From an uncultured Stakelama sp. (lineage in GTDB: Bacteria > Pseudomonadota > Alphaproteobacteria > Sphingomonadales > Sphingomonadaceae): a DNA stretch of 53,971 bases. The DNA lies in assembly GCA_964638925.1 (NCBI GenBank), contig CAZWZP010000001.1, positions 1-53,971 on the forward strand, in the 5' to 3' direction. A model generated the notes under the pieces. The model had not been told where the DNA came from, did no database searches, and saw only the letters and a program-made list of their open reading frames with translations. This document shows, one piece after another, positions 1-9,386 of this stretch. The position numbers were made by a program, and so were the translations under genes. Within the stretch, counting starts at the first letter, position 1, and each line of letters begins with the position of its first letter.

Positions 1-866
1 TAGCCATCGGCCTTCCCCCCCTTGTCGGCCGGAGGCCCTGGCGGCGGGTCGGTTACCTTTGGCACTTCGTCGGTGTGCGGCGTCGAATTGAGTGCGGCGG
101 CCACCGCAGCGCGCACTGCAGCGCGCGCGCCCTCATCCGCGTTCGCGCTGGACGCGATGACCACTTCGGCCGACACCGGCTCCAGATCGCGCTCGGCCTC
201 GATCCCGCCGGTGCCACCCTCGCCCCAGCGGCCTAGTTCGGCATCGGCACGGTTGCGGTCGGCTGCGGCAGTGTCGCAGCTCGCGACCGGCGCATAGCCG
301 GGCGCGCCCAGCCCGCCCTGATTGGCGATCAGCAGTCGCTCATAGGCGGAGGCGAGATCGGCATCGCTCAGCGTGCCGGCCTTGGCGGCGATCGCGGCCA
401 GGTCGTGCGACAGCTTGAGCGCGAGTTTGATGTCGCGCTGACCACTGCCCGGCGTCGCATTGTAATAATAGCTGGTATCGACCTGATTGGCGCGGATGTA
501 GTTTTTGAATGGCGTGATCGGGATCGAATTGGGATATTTGGTGCTCGAATACCAGAACAGGTCGAGCCCGCCCGGAATACCGTCGGCAAAGGCGTCGATA
601 TACTGATCCCAGGTGCCGTTGAAGTTGCTGCAGAACAGCATGTAATCGTTCGACAGGTTCGCAGGGGGTTGACCCAGCTGAGGCCATTGGTCGCGTCGGA
701 TGATGACCCATCGCGCGAAATGGATGAAACCAAGGCCCAACAGACCCGAAAGCGTTGCTGGAAGCGACCGCGAGAGCATGAACAGGAAATTATTGATCCA
801 GGTTGCACCCGGTCGCATCGGGGTAACAACATTCATCCCATAGGCTTTTCCGGCCAGGTTGCTCAT
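1..866 (-). CDS. Conserved hypothetical protein of the type found next to Dyp-peroxidase genes; runs to the window edge
   Basis: Not in the ORF track. Manual translation from ATG at 866 (GGGGGAA RBS upstream): MSNLAGKAYGMNVVTP...IHFARWVII...YMLFCSNFNGTWDQYIDAF...PFKNYIRANQ. Frame is open to base 1, ending GAT GGC TA|; a possible overlapping next start is ATG at 7. Confidence 0.8.
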   Translation of the reverse strand, partial: MSNLAGKAYGMNVVTPMRPGATWINNFLFMLSRSLPATLSGLLGLGFIHFARWVIIRRDQWPQLGQPPANLSNDYMLFCSNFNGTWDQYIDAFADGIPGGLDLFWYSSTKYPNSIPITPFKNYIRANQVDTSYYYNATPGSGQRDIKLALKLSHDLAAIAAKAGTLSDADLASAYERLLIANQGGLGAPGYAPVASCDTAAADRNRADAELGRWGEGGTGGIEAERDLEPVSAEVVIASSANADEGARAAVRAAVAAALNSTPHTDEVPKVTDPPPGPPADKGGKADG

Positions 867-1153
867 GGATCATTCCCCCGAGAAACAACGCAGTACCGAT
901 CATCGACGCAATGCGGAGACTCACCAGTCAACGCGAACGTATTTTGATTTCTACGGGCTTAGAATTGTATCTATCGGAGTGGCAAGTGATTTTGTCCGAT
1001 ATGGCTTATTCACGTCGTAAATTGTACCGATACCATTATTTTATCATTGTGGGTGGGCGTGTCGCAGACTATAAATGAAGGGTAATGGGAAGTTCGTCCG
1101 TATTATTACGCCCCGGGTTCCCACAAGCCTTCGACCTGAGGGGGTGCGTCAAA

Positions 1154-2785
1154 ATGCCGGATCCTGTTACACCGCTGACGCCCGCTGAGCAGGCGTTCGT
1201 GGCGACGCTTAACGCGACATGGACGCGCGATCAGGTCCTTACGCGTCTAAGGGCCGATCTCCAGACTGCGGTTGAGATCGAACTCGCGACGATCCCGATC
1301 TACCTCTACACCTATTATTCGCTCATCCGGAACAATGAGAGCGGCGAGACGATCAGCGACGCCCAGCTCTTCGCCAACAAGGCGGGCGGGATCATCATGA
1401 GCGTGGCGGTGGAAGAAATGCTCCATATGTCGCTCTCATCGAATGTCCTGTGGTCGATGGGGGTGATGCCGCAGCTTTATGGCAAGGCGCCGGCCAGCTA
1501 TCCGACCGGCCTGCCCTATCATAATCCGCAGGGTCCGGCCGGACCGGACGGCAAGACTGCGGTGCAGATCCCGCTCGGTAAGCTCAGCTTCGAGCAGCTC
1601 TGGCACTTCCTCCAGATCGAATATCCCGAACAGTGGAATCCCCCGCCGCAAGACAGCGACTGGGACACGATCGGGCAATTCTATTCGTACATCCGCTGCC
1701 TGCTCAGCACCCAGTTTCTCGCAGATTCCGACTTTCAGCGCGGCTCGGTCGAGCACGCGATCCAGCCCTATAACTACTCGCCGAACAACGTCGACACGGT
1801 CTATCCGTCCGCCAGGTTCGACCCGTGGAAGCCCGCGCCGCCCGCCGCAGTCAGCTGGGCCGATCCGGTGCAGGGCGCGGCGGCAGCGGCGGTCTATCCC
1901 GACGCGTCCGACAGCCATGTCGGCGCGACCCAGTTGATCGCGATTCAATCGATCCAGGACGCCGCAACCGCGATCGACACGATCTGCGATCAGGGTGAGG
2001 GCGTGCCGATCCAGAATGTCGGCCCCAGCCCCGACGACGACCCGTCGAAGGACGAGGAGTCGCATTATGTGAAGTTCCTGACGCTGCAGGCGCAGTTCGA
2101 GGATTATAAGGGCACGAGCGAAGTGCGCCCGCCCCAGCCGCCCGCGCCGACCGACGTGATCCAGCCCGCGATGACGCAACAGGCGCTGCTGGATGCCGGG
2201 GTGCTGCTCGACATGCCCGACAGCCCGCTCGCGGCGAACTATCCCGAATATTATGTCGACATCGCCAATTTCTGCAGCGCGTGCTTCCAGTATATGCTGG
2301 TGATGACCGAGACGGTCTATCTGGTCCCGCCCGATAAGCAGAAGCTGTTCTTCAACGAAGGGCTGCACCGGTCGATGATCTGGGTGATGGACAAATATAT
2401 CCGCACCATCCGTCAGATCCCGATTCCCAGCGGCGCCTATGCCGGCACGATGATGGGGCCGACGTTCGAGAATGTCTCGCTCGGCGATCGCGAAGTGTCG
2501 TTCCAGGGGTTGACCGATTACGGCAACAAGGCGATTGCGGCGGCCAATGCGCTGATCGCCCAGCTTGATGCCGAGGAAGTGGTCGAGCATGTCCAGGCGC
2601 TGTTCGCCCCCGGTAGCGCCAATGCCGCCGCGCTGAAGGTCGAGAAGGCGGATAGCAACCTGATCGGGGTGCTTCAGAACGTCATCTATTATGTCGGCGT
2701 CGCGATTTCGAAGACCGACACCAACAATGTCCCGATGCACCTGCCCGATGTCGGTCCCTATTGGATCGCCGCCCGGCACCGCTGA
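1154..2785 (+). CDS. Ferritin-like domain protein (VioB/RebD C-terminal type, PF12902-like)
   Basis: Motifs AVEIELATIPIYL, VAVEEMLHM, FLQIEYP, TIGQFY, ICDQGEG, ESHYVKF. GAGGGGG RBS favours ATG 1154 over 1085. Confidence 0.85.
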   Translation: MPDPVTPLTPAEQAFVATLNATWTRDQVLTRLRADLQTAVEIELATIPIYLYTYYSLIRNNESGETISDAQLFANKAGGIIMSVAVEEMLHMSLSSNVLWSMGVMPQLYGKAPASYPTGLPYHNPQGPAGPDGKTAVQIPLGKLSFEQLWHFLQIEYPEQWNPPPQDSDWDTIGQFYSYIRCLLSTQFLADSDFQRGSVEHAIQPYNYSPNNVDTVYPSARFDPWKPAPPAAVSWADPVQGAAAAAVYPDASDSHVGATQLIAIQSIQDAATAIDTICDQGEGVPIQNVGPSPDDDPSKDEESHYVKFLTLQAQFEDYKGTSEVRPPQPPAPTDVIQPAMTQQALLDAGVLLDMPDSPLAANYPEYYVDIANFCSACFQYMLVMTETVYLVPPDKQKLFFNEGLHRSMIWVMDKYIRTIRQIPIPSGAYAGTMMGPTFENVSLGDREVSFQGLTDYGNKAIAAANALIAQLDAEEVVEHVQALFAPGSANAAALKVEKADSNLIGVLQNVIYYVGVAISKTDTNNVPMHLPDVGPYWIAARHR

Positions 2786-2808
2786 CGCTCAAGCGAGAGG
2801 AACGACCC

Positions 2809-3468
2809 ATGGCATCCTGCTCCACTCCGCCAGTGAAGCCAGGCGAACCTGTGCCGACGCCCTACCCCTATGCCGGCGAACCGGCATTTCCTGGCTCCGG
2901 GGTGATCGGCCCCCAGCCTGAAGGCTTGCCGCTTCATGCCTGTATGGGCCTCAACGCCTGTGCCGGATCGGATCGCTTCGGGACGCTCGGCGCGCCCGGA
3001 CGCCAGCCCAATGCCTGTGCCGGACAAGGCTATTGCTCGACCGGCACCGACCATACGTGCCACGTCCAGAATGAGTGCAAGGCCCAGGGCGGCTGCGGCC
3101 TTTATGGCACGGGCGAGGAGATGAACAATCCCGGCGGCAATGACTGCCGCTCGCAGGGGTCGTGCGCCACGCCGATCAACGCCGAACGGTTCAGCACCAA
3201 CGGCCCCAATCAGGGCAAGAGCGTGTGGCTGCGCGCGCGCGCCGTGTTCGAGGCGAACTGGCAGGCGACCCGCGCGGAACTTCTCGCCGCGCAGGCGGCA
3301 GGCAAGATTCCCGCCAGCCATCCGATCCCGGAGACGCCCGGCAGCCCGCCGGCGGCCTTTGCCGGGACCGGGCCGACCTATTTGTGGATCTCCGATGACA
3401 ATAATAAGCGCGGCAACATGACGGCGTGCGGGTCGAGCGGGATGAGCGGCGCCGGTGGCTGTAGCTAA
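2809..3468 (+). CDS. Cys-rich putative MNIO substrate / RiPP precursor (219 aa, 12 Cys, no signal peptide)
   Basis: GAGAGGA RBS. Motifs [42 protein letters not shown] and C-terminal [15 protein letters not shown]. Directly upstream of DUF692. Confidence 0.8.
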   Translation: MASCSTPPVKPGEPVPTPYPYAGEPAFPGSGVIGPQPEGLPLHACMGLNACAGSDRFGTLGAPGRQPNACAGQGYCSTGTDHTCHVQNECKAQGGCGLYGTGEEMNNPGGNDCRSQGSCATPINAERFSTNGPNQGKSVWLRARAVFEANWQATRAELLAAQAAGKIPASHPIPETPGSPPAAFAGTGPTYLWISDDNNKRGNMTACGSSGMSGAGGCS

Positions 3469-4417
3469 GGGCACGCTGGCGGACCTGCCCCGGCTGGGAC
3501 TACCTCGGTTGGGACTCGGGCTGGGCCTGCGCAGCGTGCATTTTGACGCGATCCTCTCGGGCGACCTGCAGGATCTGTGGTTCGAGGCGATTTCCGAGAA
3601 TTTCATGGATTCGGGCGGCCGCCCGCGCGCGATCCTGCGTGCGGTTGCCGAACGCTATCCGGTCGTGCTGCACGGCGTGTCGCTGTCGATCGGCAGTACC
3701 GATCCGCTCGACACCGCCTATCTCGCATCGCTCAAGCGGCTGGCGGATGAGGTGCGCCCGGCCTGGGTCAGCGATCATCTGTGCTGGACCGGGGTCAACG
3801 GGCATAATTCGCACGACCTGTTGCCGATGCCGCTGACGCAGGAGAGTCTGGCGCATGTCACGGCGCGCGTGATTGAGGTGCAGGAACGCCTCGAACGCCC
3901 GCTGATCCTTGAAAACCCAAGCACCTATGTCCGCTTTGCCCAGTCGACGATCGACGAACCCGAATTCCTGCGTGCGCTCGCCGAGGCGACCGGGTGCGGC
4001 CTGCTGCTCGACGTCAACAATGTCTATGTCAGCTGCTTCAACGCCGGCACCGACCCGGTCGCCTATCTCGACGCCTTCCCCTGCGACCGCGTCGTGCAGA
4101 TGCACCTCGCCGGACATCAGGATCTGGGCAGCCATGTCATCGACACCCATGACCGCCCGGTTCGACCCGAAGTGTGGGAACTGTTCCGCATCGCCTGGGC
4201 GCGGACCGGCGGCGCGGCCACATTGCTCGAATGGGATGATCATATCCCGGCCTTTGCCGAGTGCCTGGCCGAGTTGCGCAAGGCGAAGCGCTACATGACA
4301 GACGATTCCGCGCCGCCTGAAGCTGCGGGCAGCGGCCGCAGCGACGAAGGGGTTTCAAATCCGGTCGATTTCCTCGTTCCCCGCGCGATGGACAGCGTGA
4401 TGGAGGATGCGGCATGA
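3455..4417 (+). CDS. DUF692 family multinuclear non-heme iron oxidative enzyme (MNIO)
   Basis: [46 protein letters not shown] motifs. Confidence 0.95.
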   Translation: MAVAKGTLADLPRLGLPRLGLGLGLRSVHFDAILSGDLQDLWFEAISENFMDSGGRPRAILRAVAERYPVVLHGVSLSIGSTDPLDTAYLASLKRLADEVRPAWVSDHLCWTGVNGHNSHDLLPMPLTQESLAHVTARVIEVQERLERPLILENPSTYVRFAQSTIDEPEFLRALAEATGCGLLLDVNNVYVSCFNAGTDPVAYLDAFPCDRVVQMHLAGHQDLGSHVIDTHDRPVRPEVWELFRIAWARTGGAATLLEWDDHIPAFAECLAELRKAKRYMTDDSAPPEAAGSGRSDEGVSNPVDFLVPRAMDSVMEDAA

Positions 4418-5313
4418 CCGCGTTGGCGGGGGCGCAGCGGCGGATGCACGCCGCGCTGATCCACCCGCACGCGGACCCGGCCGCAGCACAGGGTCTGTTC
4501 CAGAGCGGCGGTCGGCTCGACCCGGGCGCCGGATTGGCAATCTATCAGCGCGGCTATCTCATGCGCCTCGCTGCGTGTATGCGCGAGCAATTCCCAGCGC
4601 TATGCCACGCGCTAGGCCGCGCGCTGTTCGATGATTTCGTCGCCGACTATGTCCGCGCCTGCCCACCCGAACGGCACACGCTCTATGATCTCGGCCGCCG
4701 CTTTCCCGACTGGCTGGAGGCGAACCGGCCCGACGGGCACGCGCGGGAGGATTGGGTCGACTTCATGATCGATCTCGCCCGGTTCGAATATGACGTGTTC
4801 ACGATGTTTGACGTCGCGGGGAGTGAGGGAAGCCCCTCCGCCACTGCAGAAACACCGGACGATGCGCTTCGCCTCCAGCCCGCGTTCGCCCTGCGCGCCT
4901 CCCGCTTTTCCGTAGCCGGCTTTTACCACGCAGTGCGCCGCGGCGAAGCACCATCGCTTCCCGTCCCAGCCCCCTACCCGAGCTATGTCGCGCTCGTGCG
5001 CACCGAATACATTACGCGCACCGTCCCGCTGAGCGCGCTGCAATATGGTCTGCTGGCGGCACTGCAGAACCATGGCAGTTTCGACAGCGCACTGGAAATT
5101 CTCTCTGCGCGGCTCAAGGTCAACCCGGACCAGATCCGTCGCCTCTGGTGCGGCCCAGCGGGTTGTCGCGAACAATGGATCGCATGGGGGCTCTTCGGTG
5201 ATGCGCGCGATCCGCATACCGCAAGCCGTCCCCCAAACAGCCTGCTGCGTCTCACGCATCTAGACGAAGACCTTTGGCTGCTCCTTGATCGAGGCTTGTC
5301 GCAGCCTCGGTGA
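4414..5313 (+). CDS. DUF2063-type MNIO partner protein
   Basis: [12 protein letters not shown]...FPAL...LG..LF...Y....P....LYDLG..FP, DLARFE. ATGA overlap with DUF692. Confidence 0.88.
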   Translation: MTALAGAQRRMHAALIHPHADPAAAQGLFQSGGRLDPGAGLAIYQRGYLMRLAACMREQFPALCHALGRALFDDFVADYVRACPPERHTLYDLGRRFPDWLEANRPDGHAREDWVDFMIDLARFEYDVFTMFDVAGSEGSPSATAETPDDALRLQPAFALRASRFSVAGFYHAVRRGEAPSLPVPAPYPSYVALVRTEYITRTVPLSALQYGLLAALQNHGSFDSALEILSARLKVNPDQIRRLWCGPAGCREQWIAWGLFGDARDPHTASRPPNSLLRLTHLDEDLWLLLDRGLSQPR

Positions 5314-5487
5314 AAACCATGCCGTCTGCCGACTCATCCGACTCGAAATTCCGGGTGCATCCAATGTGAGATCGAGTAGCTATGAAAGTTCTTAGGTGTT
5401 TAGTCCCGGTATCTGATGCATCCGATCGAGTTTAATTGAATTGTTCAGGTTCTGTATTCCAAATCGCATGGGGCAGGTTTTCAGAAA

Positions 5488-6741
5488 TTAACGGGATCGC
5501 CGCACCGGATTAATGGCAAAGGCACCCATGACCGCGAACACAGCGCCTGTGATGTAGATTGCGGCATAGTTGCTTCCGCTTGCGCTGCTGATGGCGAGAA
5601 TGATGGGTGCAAGCGCGGGGGCTAGCGACTGGGGCAGGGAATTGGCGATCTGGAAAACGCCCATGTCCTTGGCGCTGTCTTTCGGATTGGGGAGGATGGC
5701 CGCGAGCAGGGCTAGATCGACGGCGAAATAAAGCCCCTTGCCGATCCCGGCCATCGCTACGCCGACCAGAAATTGGGGTACGGATGGCGCAAAGGCGATG
5801 GTGAGGAAGCCGGCAGCTTCAAGCATCGCAGCAACGAAGATCAACGGTTTGCGTCGTCCGGTCCAGTCGGTGATGAATCCGCCGACCAGCGAAATTCCGA
5901 TCGTTGCGACGGCAATAATCGCCATCGACTGGACCATGACCTGCGTCGCGGCGCTGCGTTGAAGCGAGAGCTGATCAGTCAGGAAGAACAGCTGGTAGGT
6001 CAGCAGGAACGACCATGCCATCATGATGAGGAAGCGGCTGCCGAATGCCCAGCTGAAGTCCCAGTCGCGGAAGGGCGCACCGATCGCCTGCAGCATCGAG
6101 AACGGTCCGAAGGGGCGATCATCGCGCTGAGCAGGACGATCGGGCAGGATCACGCAAAGCGTGACAATCGCCGCCACGGTAATGGCAAAGGGCGCGAGGA
6201 ACATCAGCAGCGCAGAGCCCTGGGTATATTGGGTGATCCAGCTGCCCGCGAAAGTGCCCGCCGTCGATGTCATGCCCAGCAGGCCCGCAACCCGTCCCTG
6301 CCAGCGCACCGGCACCACATCCGGCAGGATCGGGAGACAGGAGGCCTGCATCGCGTTGAAGCCAGCCTGACAGATCACCCATCCAATGCCAAGCAGCCAC
6401 AGGTTCGGGGCCAACCCCAACAACAACAGGCCCATCGCGCTGACCGCCAACCCTCCAAGCAGCCAGGGTCGCCGCCGGCCAAAGCGGCTGCGCGTGCGAT
6501 CCGACAAGGCACCGCAAATCGGCGTTGCGACCATCGCCACGAACCCCCCAATGGCTAGGATGATACCCAGCCACTTGCCCTTTTCCTCCGCCGTCGCAAT
6601 TTCGCCCACGCGCAGCGCCATGGTCATCACCACCGGGGTCAACAATGCGACCCAGATACCGAACTGGGCCAGCACATAGACGGCGATGAAGCCGACCGAC
6701 ACCTTGGGACGGATGCTGTCGGTGAGGTGCGCGGGGGTCAT
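5488..6741 (-). CDS. MFS sugar transporter
   Basis: About 12 hydrophobic segments; GALSDRTRSRFGRRRPW and TDWTGRRK MFS motif A. Confidence 0.92.
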   Translation of the reverse strand: MTPAHLTDSIRPKVSVGFIAVYVLAQFGIWVALLTPVVMTMALRVGEIATAEEKGKWLGIILAIGGFVAMVATPICGALSDRTRSRFGRRRPWLLGGLAVSAMGLLLLGLAPNLWLLGIGWVICQAGFNAMQASCLPILPDVVPVRWQGRVAGLLGMTSTAGTFAGSWITQYTQGSALLMFLAPFAITVAAIVTLCVILPDRPAQRDDRPFGPFSMLQAIGAPFRDWDFSWAFGSRFLIMMAWSFLLTYQLFFLTDQLSLQRSAATQVMVQSMAIIAVATIGISLVGGFITDWTGRRKPLIFVAAMLEAAGFLTIAFAPSVPQFLVGVAMAGIGKGLYFAVDLALLAAILPNPKDSAKDMGVFQIANSLPQSLAPALAPIILAISSASGSNYAAIYITGAVFAVMGAFAINPVRRSR

Positions 6742-6780
6742 GATCGGAGCCTTGAATCGGGGACGATAGACATCTGTCGG

Positions 6781-8433
6781 TCAGGGCCGATGAGCTTTTC
6801 CGGCGGCGTCGGCCTTCGCCTTCGCCGGACTGTCGGCAAACAGGTCGTTCATCTTTGTCGGCAGGTTGGGCTGCACATACCATTCAGGCGGGAAATCGGC
6901 GGCGCGGGGACCGTTGATATTGCGATCGACCAGGCCCGAACTCGTCTTTCGGGTATAGGGAACGACATGCTCGCCCTTGCCGTTCGCAAGCTGGTCGAAC
7001 AGTGCATTGCGCAACGTAATTTTGGTTTCAAGCCACGCCGGGTCGTTGATCAGATTTCGCATCTCATCAGGGTCGGACTTGAGGTCGTACAGCTCCTCAA
7101 GATCCCACACGCCATGATATTGGATATATTTCACCCGATCCCGCTCGATCGCAAAGGTGGTCGGGGTCTGGGGGAAGCTCCATTCCCAATAATATTCGTA
7201 GACGAAATCACCGGGATTCCAGCTCTTGTGATCCATCTTGCCCAATGCGACGGGCAGGAAGCTTTTACCTTCCATCTGCGCCGGCTTTGATACTCTGGCG
7301 ATGTCCAGAAAGGTCGGCGCGAGGTCGAGATTGCGCACGACTGTCTGGTTGATCACCCCCTTGGGCAGCATCCCCGGTGCCCAGACAATCATCGGCACGC
7401 GTATTGATGGCTCATAGGCGTTGCGCTTGTCGATCAGGCCATGCTCGCCGAGCATGAAACCGTTGTCGGAATAGAAGACAACCACCGTATTTTTGTCGAG
7501 CGTGTTCTTCCGTAGATAAGCCATGATACGGCCGAGACTGTCGTCAACGGGGCTGAGCGTGCGGTAATAATCGCGCACCTGCTCGGTCATTGGATTGTCG
7601 GTGTGATAAGGGAAATCGGTCCCGTGCCAGCTGTTGCGCTGATTGCGCACCCACATCGGCTTGCCTGCATTGTTTTCCCGCGTGTTGGCCATGCTCGCAG
7701 GTAATTTGATCTTCAGATCGGCATACTGCGTCTTGTAGCGATCAGGCGGCACGGGGTCGCTATGGACTGCCTTATGGCTGAGATAGAGGAAGAACGGCTT
7801 GCTCTTGTCGCGCTCATTTTCGAGCCAGCTCATCGCATAGTCGGTCAATTCGTCGGTTATGTAGCCGGTTCGCTTCACCCGCGTACCATCGACGTTCAGC
7901 ATTTGCCGCTCGCCTGCGGCCAGACGTTCGGGGCTCAGCAATTCGGTCGGGAAATAGGTGCCCTGCCCCTTGAAGCTGACCCATTTGTCGAACCCGGCCC
8001 GCGGCGCATCGGTATCGGGGCCCATATGCCATTTGCCAAAAAAGCCCGTCTGGTACCCGGCCTTTTGCAGATAGGCGGGAAAGAAGGTCAGCCCGGCTTC
8101 GGAACTGTGATTATTATCGATCACGCCATGGTTGCGCGCGGTCTGGCCGGTCAGGATCGTCGCACGGCTCGGCGAGCAGAGCGACGAAGTGACGACAGCA
8201 TTGGGGAAATAGACGCCGTTCTTGGCCAGCGCATCAATATGCGGGGTCTGAAGACCCGGGGTCAAAAATCCCATCGCATCGTACCGCAAATCATCGATCA
8301 GCACGAAAATGATGTTCGTCGGCGCGGGTGTCGGCGTTGTCGGGGCATTGGCCTGACGGGCCAGCGCACCCGGCCCCAACAGGGTGCAGGCGGCGAGGAC
8401 GGCGGCGCGAAACGCGCGTTGCGGATTCTTCAT
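6781..8433 (-). CDS. Exported Cys-type S1 sulfatase (N-acetylglucosamine-6-sulfatase-like)
   Basis: Signal peptide from MKNPQR (ATG 8433, ATGA overlap with FGE); NIIFVLIDD, CSPSRATILTG, GKWH, SDNG, DKR..YE. Confidence 0.92.
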   Translation of the reverse strand: MKNPQRAFRAAVLAACTLLGPGALARQANAPTTPTPAPTNIIFVLIDDLRYDAMGFLTPGLQTPHIDALAKNGVYFPNAVVTSSLCSPSRATILTGQTARNHGVIDNNHSSEAGLTFFPAYLQKAGYQTGFFGKWHMGPDTDAPRAGFDKWVSFKGQGTYFPTELLSPERLAAGERQMLNVDGTRVKRTGYITDELTDYAMSWLENERDKSKPFFLYLSHKAVHSDPVPPDRYKTQYADLKIKLPASMANTRENNAGKPMWVRNQRNSWHGTDFPYHTDNPMTEQVRDYYRTLSPVDDSLGRIMAYLRKNTLDKNTVVVFYSDNGFMLGEHGLIDKRNAYEPSIRVPMIVWAPGMLPKGVINQTVVRNLDLAPTFLDIARVSKPAQMEGKSFLPVALGKMDHKSWNPGDFVYEYYWEWSFPQTPTTFAIERDRVKYIQYHGVWDLEELYDLKSDPDEMRNLINDPAWLETKITLRNALFDQLANGKGEHVVPYTRKTSSGLVDRNINGPRAADFPPEWYVQPNLPTKMNDLFADSPAKAKADAAGKAHRP

Positions 8434-9386
8434 GGATGCGTTCCCTTGCGGTCGCGGAGGATGCAGCGAAAGCCGATATGACTCGTCGAACTGTCGATCG
8501 CCTGGGCATGGCGAGCGGCGGGGCGATAGCGTTGGCAGTAACTCGCCGCGCACAAATGCGAACCACCCTTTAGCACGCGACGCGGCACCGGAACGGCGGG
8601 ACTGGCGGGGTCCAGACTTTCGTGCCGGGTGCCGCCGCGCGGATTGGCGGGGACACAGCAACTTCCGCTGGCCTTGCGCGCGATCCGGGGTTGGGAAAAC
8701 CAGTCGGCCGTCCATTCCCAGACATTGCCGATCATGTCGAACAGGCCATAGCCGTTGGCAGGATAGTGCCGCACGGGCGACGTCCGTTCAAACCCGTCAT
8801 CCAGCGTGTTGGCGAAGGGGAACATCCCCTGCCAGTAATTGGCGAGCATTGCGCCATCGGGTGCCAGTTGATCGCCCCAGGCATAGTCCGCGCCGTCAAG
8901 CCCGCCGCGTGCGGCATATTCCCACTCAGCCTCGGTCGGCAGCGTCTTTCCGGCCCAGCGCGCATAGGCCTCTGCATCGGCCAGGGCGACATGCACCACG
9001 GGATGATCCCAAAGCCCGTCAAGACTAGTTTCCGGACCATGCGGATGACGCCAATTGGTGCCCAGGCTGAATTGCCACCACTGGCTATAGTCGGACAGAT
9101 CAACCGGGGTGAGCGTGCGCTGGAACAACAGCGACCCGGCATGTGCCAGTGCCGGGTCCATGCCGGGATAATCCCGGGGATCGGGCGCGATTTCGGCGAG
9201 CGTGCAATGGCCGGTCGCCTCAACAAATCGGGCGAAATCCCGGTTCGTCACGGGGGTTTCGTCGATCCAGAAGCTATCGACGCGCACTGTGCGAACCGGT
9301 GCTTCCTCGGGATAGAAGTTCGCCGAACCCATCGCAAACGTGCCGCCGGATACATGGCGCATACCCGTGGTGGCGCTAACTACCAT
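8430..9386 (-). CDS. Formylglycine-generating enzyme (sulfatase maturase)
   Basis: FAMGS, LPTEAEWEYAARGG, NGYGLFDMIGNVWEW, KGGSHLCAASYCQRYRPAAR, HIGFRC. Confidence 0.95.
   Translation of the reverse strand: MVVSATTGMRHVSGGTFAMGSANFYPEEAPVRTVRVDSFWIDETPVTNRDFARFVEATGHCTLAEIAPDPRDYPGMDPALAHAGSLLFQRTLTPVDLSDYSQWWQFSLGTNWRHPHGPETSLDGLWDHPVVHVALADAEAYARWAGKTLPTEAEWEYAARGGLDGADYAWGDQLAPDGAMLANYWQGMFPFANTLDDGFERTSPVRHYPANGYGLFDMIGNVWEWTADWFSQPRIARKASGSCCVPANPRGGTRHESLDPASPAVPVPRRVLKGGSHLCAASYCQRYRPAARHAQAIDSSTSHIGFRCILRDRKGTHP

Noticed and set aside
22-947. Track ORFs 22-297, 340-711, 368-832 and 405-947
   Set aside because: All overlap the better-supported minus-strand gene starting at 866.
1436-2779. 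447-aa minus-strand ORF
   Set aside because: Antisense to the well-supported ferritin-like gene.
1154-2785. Violacein/indolocarbazole pathway (vioB)
   Set aside because: Only the ferritin-like domain is present; no tryptophan oxidase or other pathway genes.
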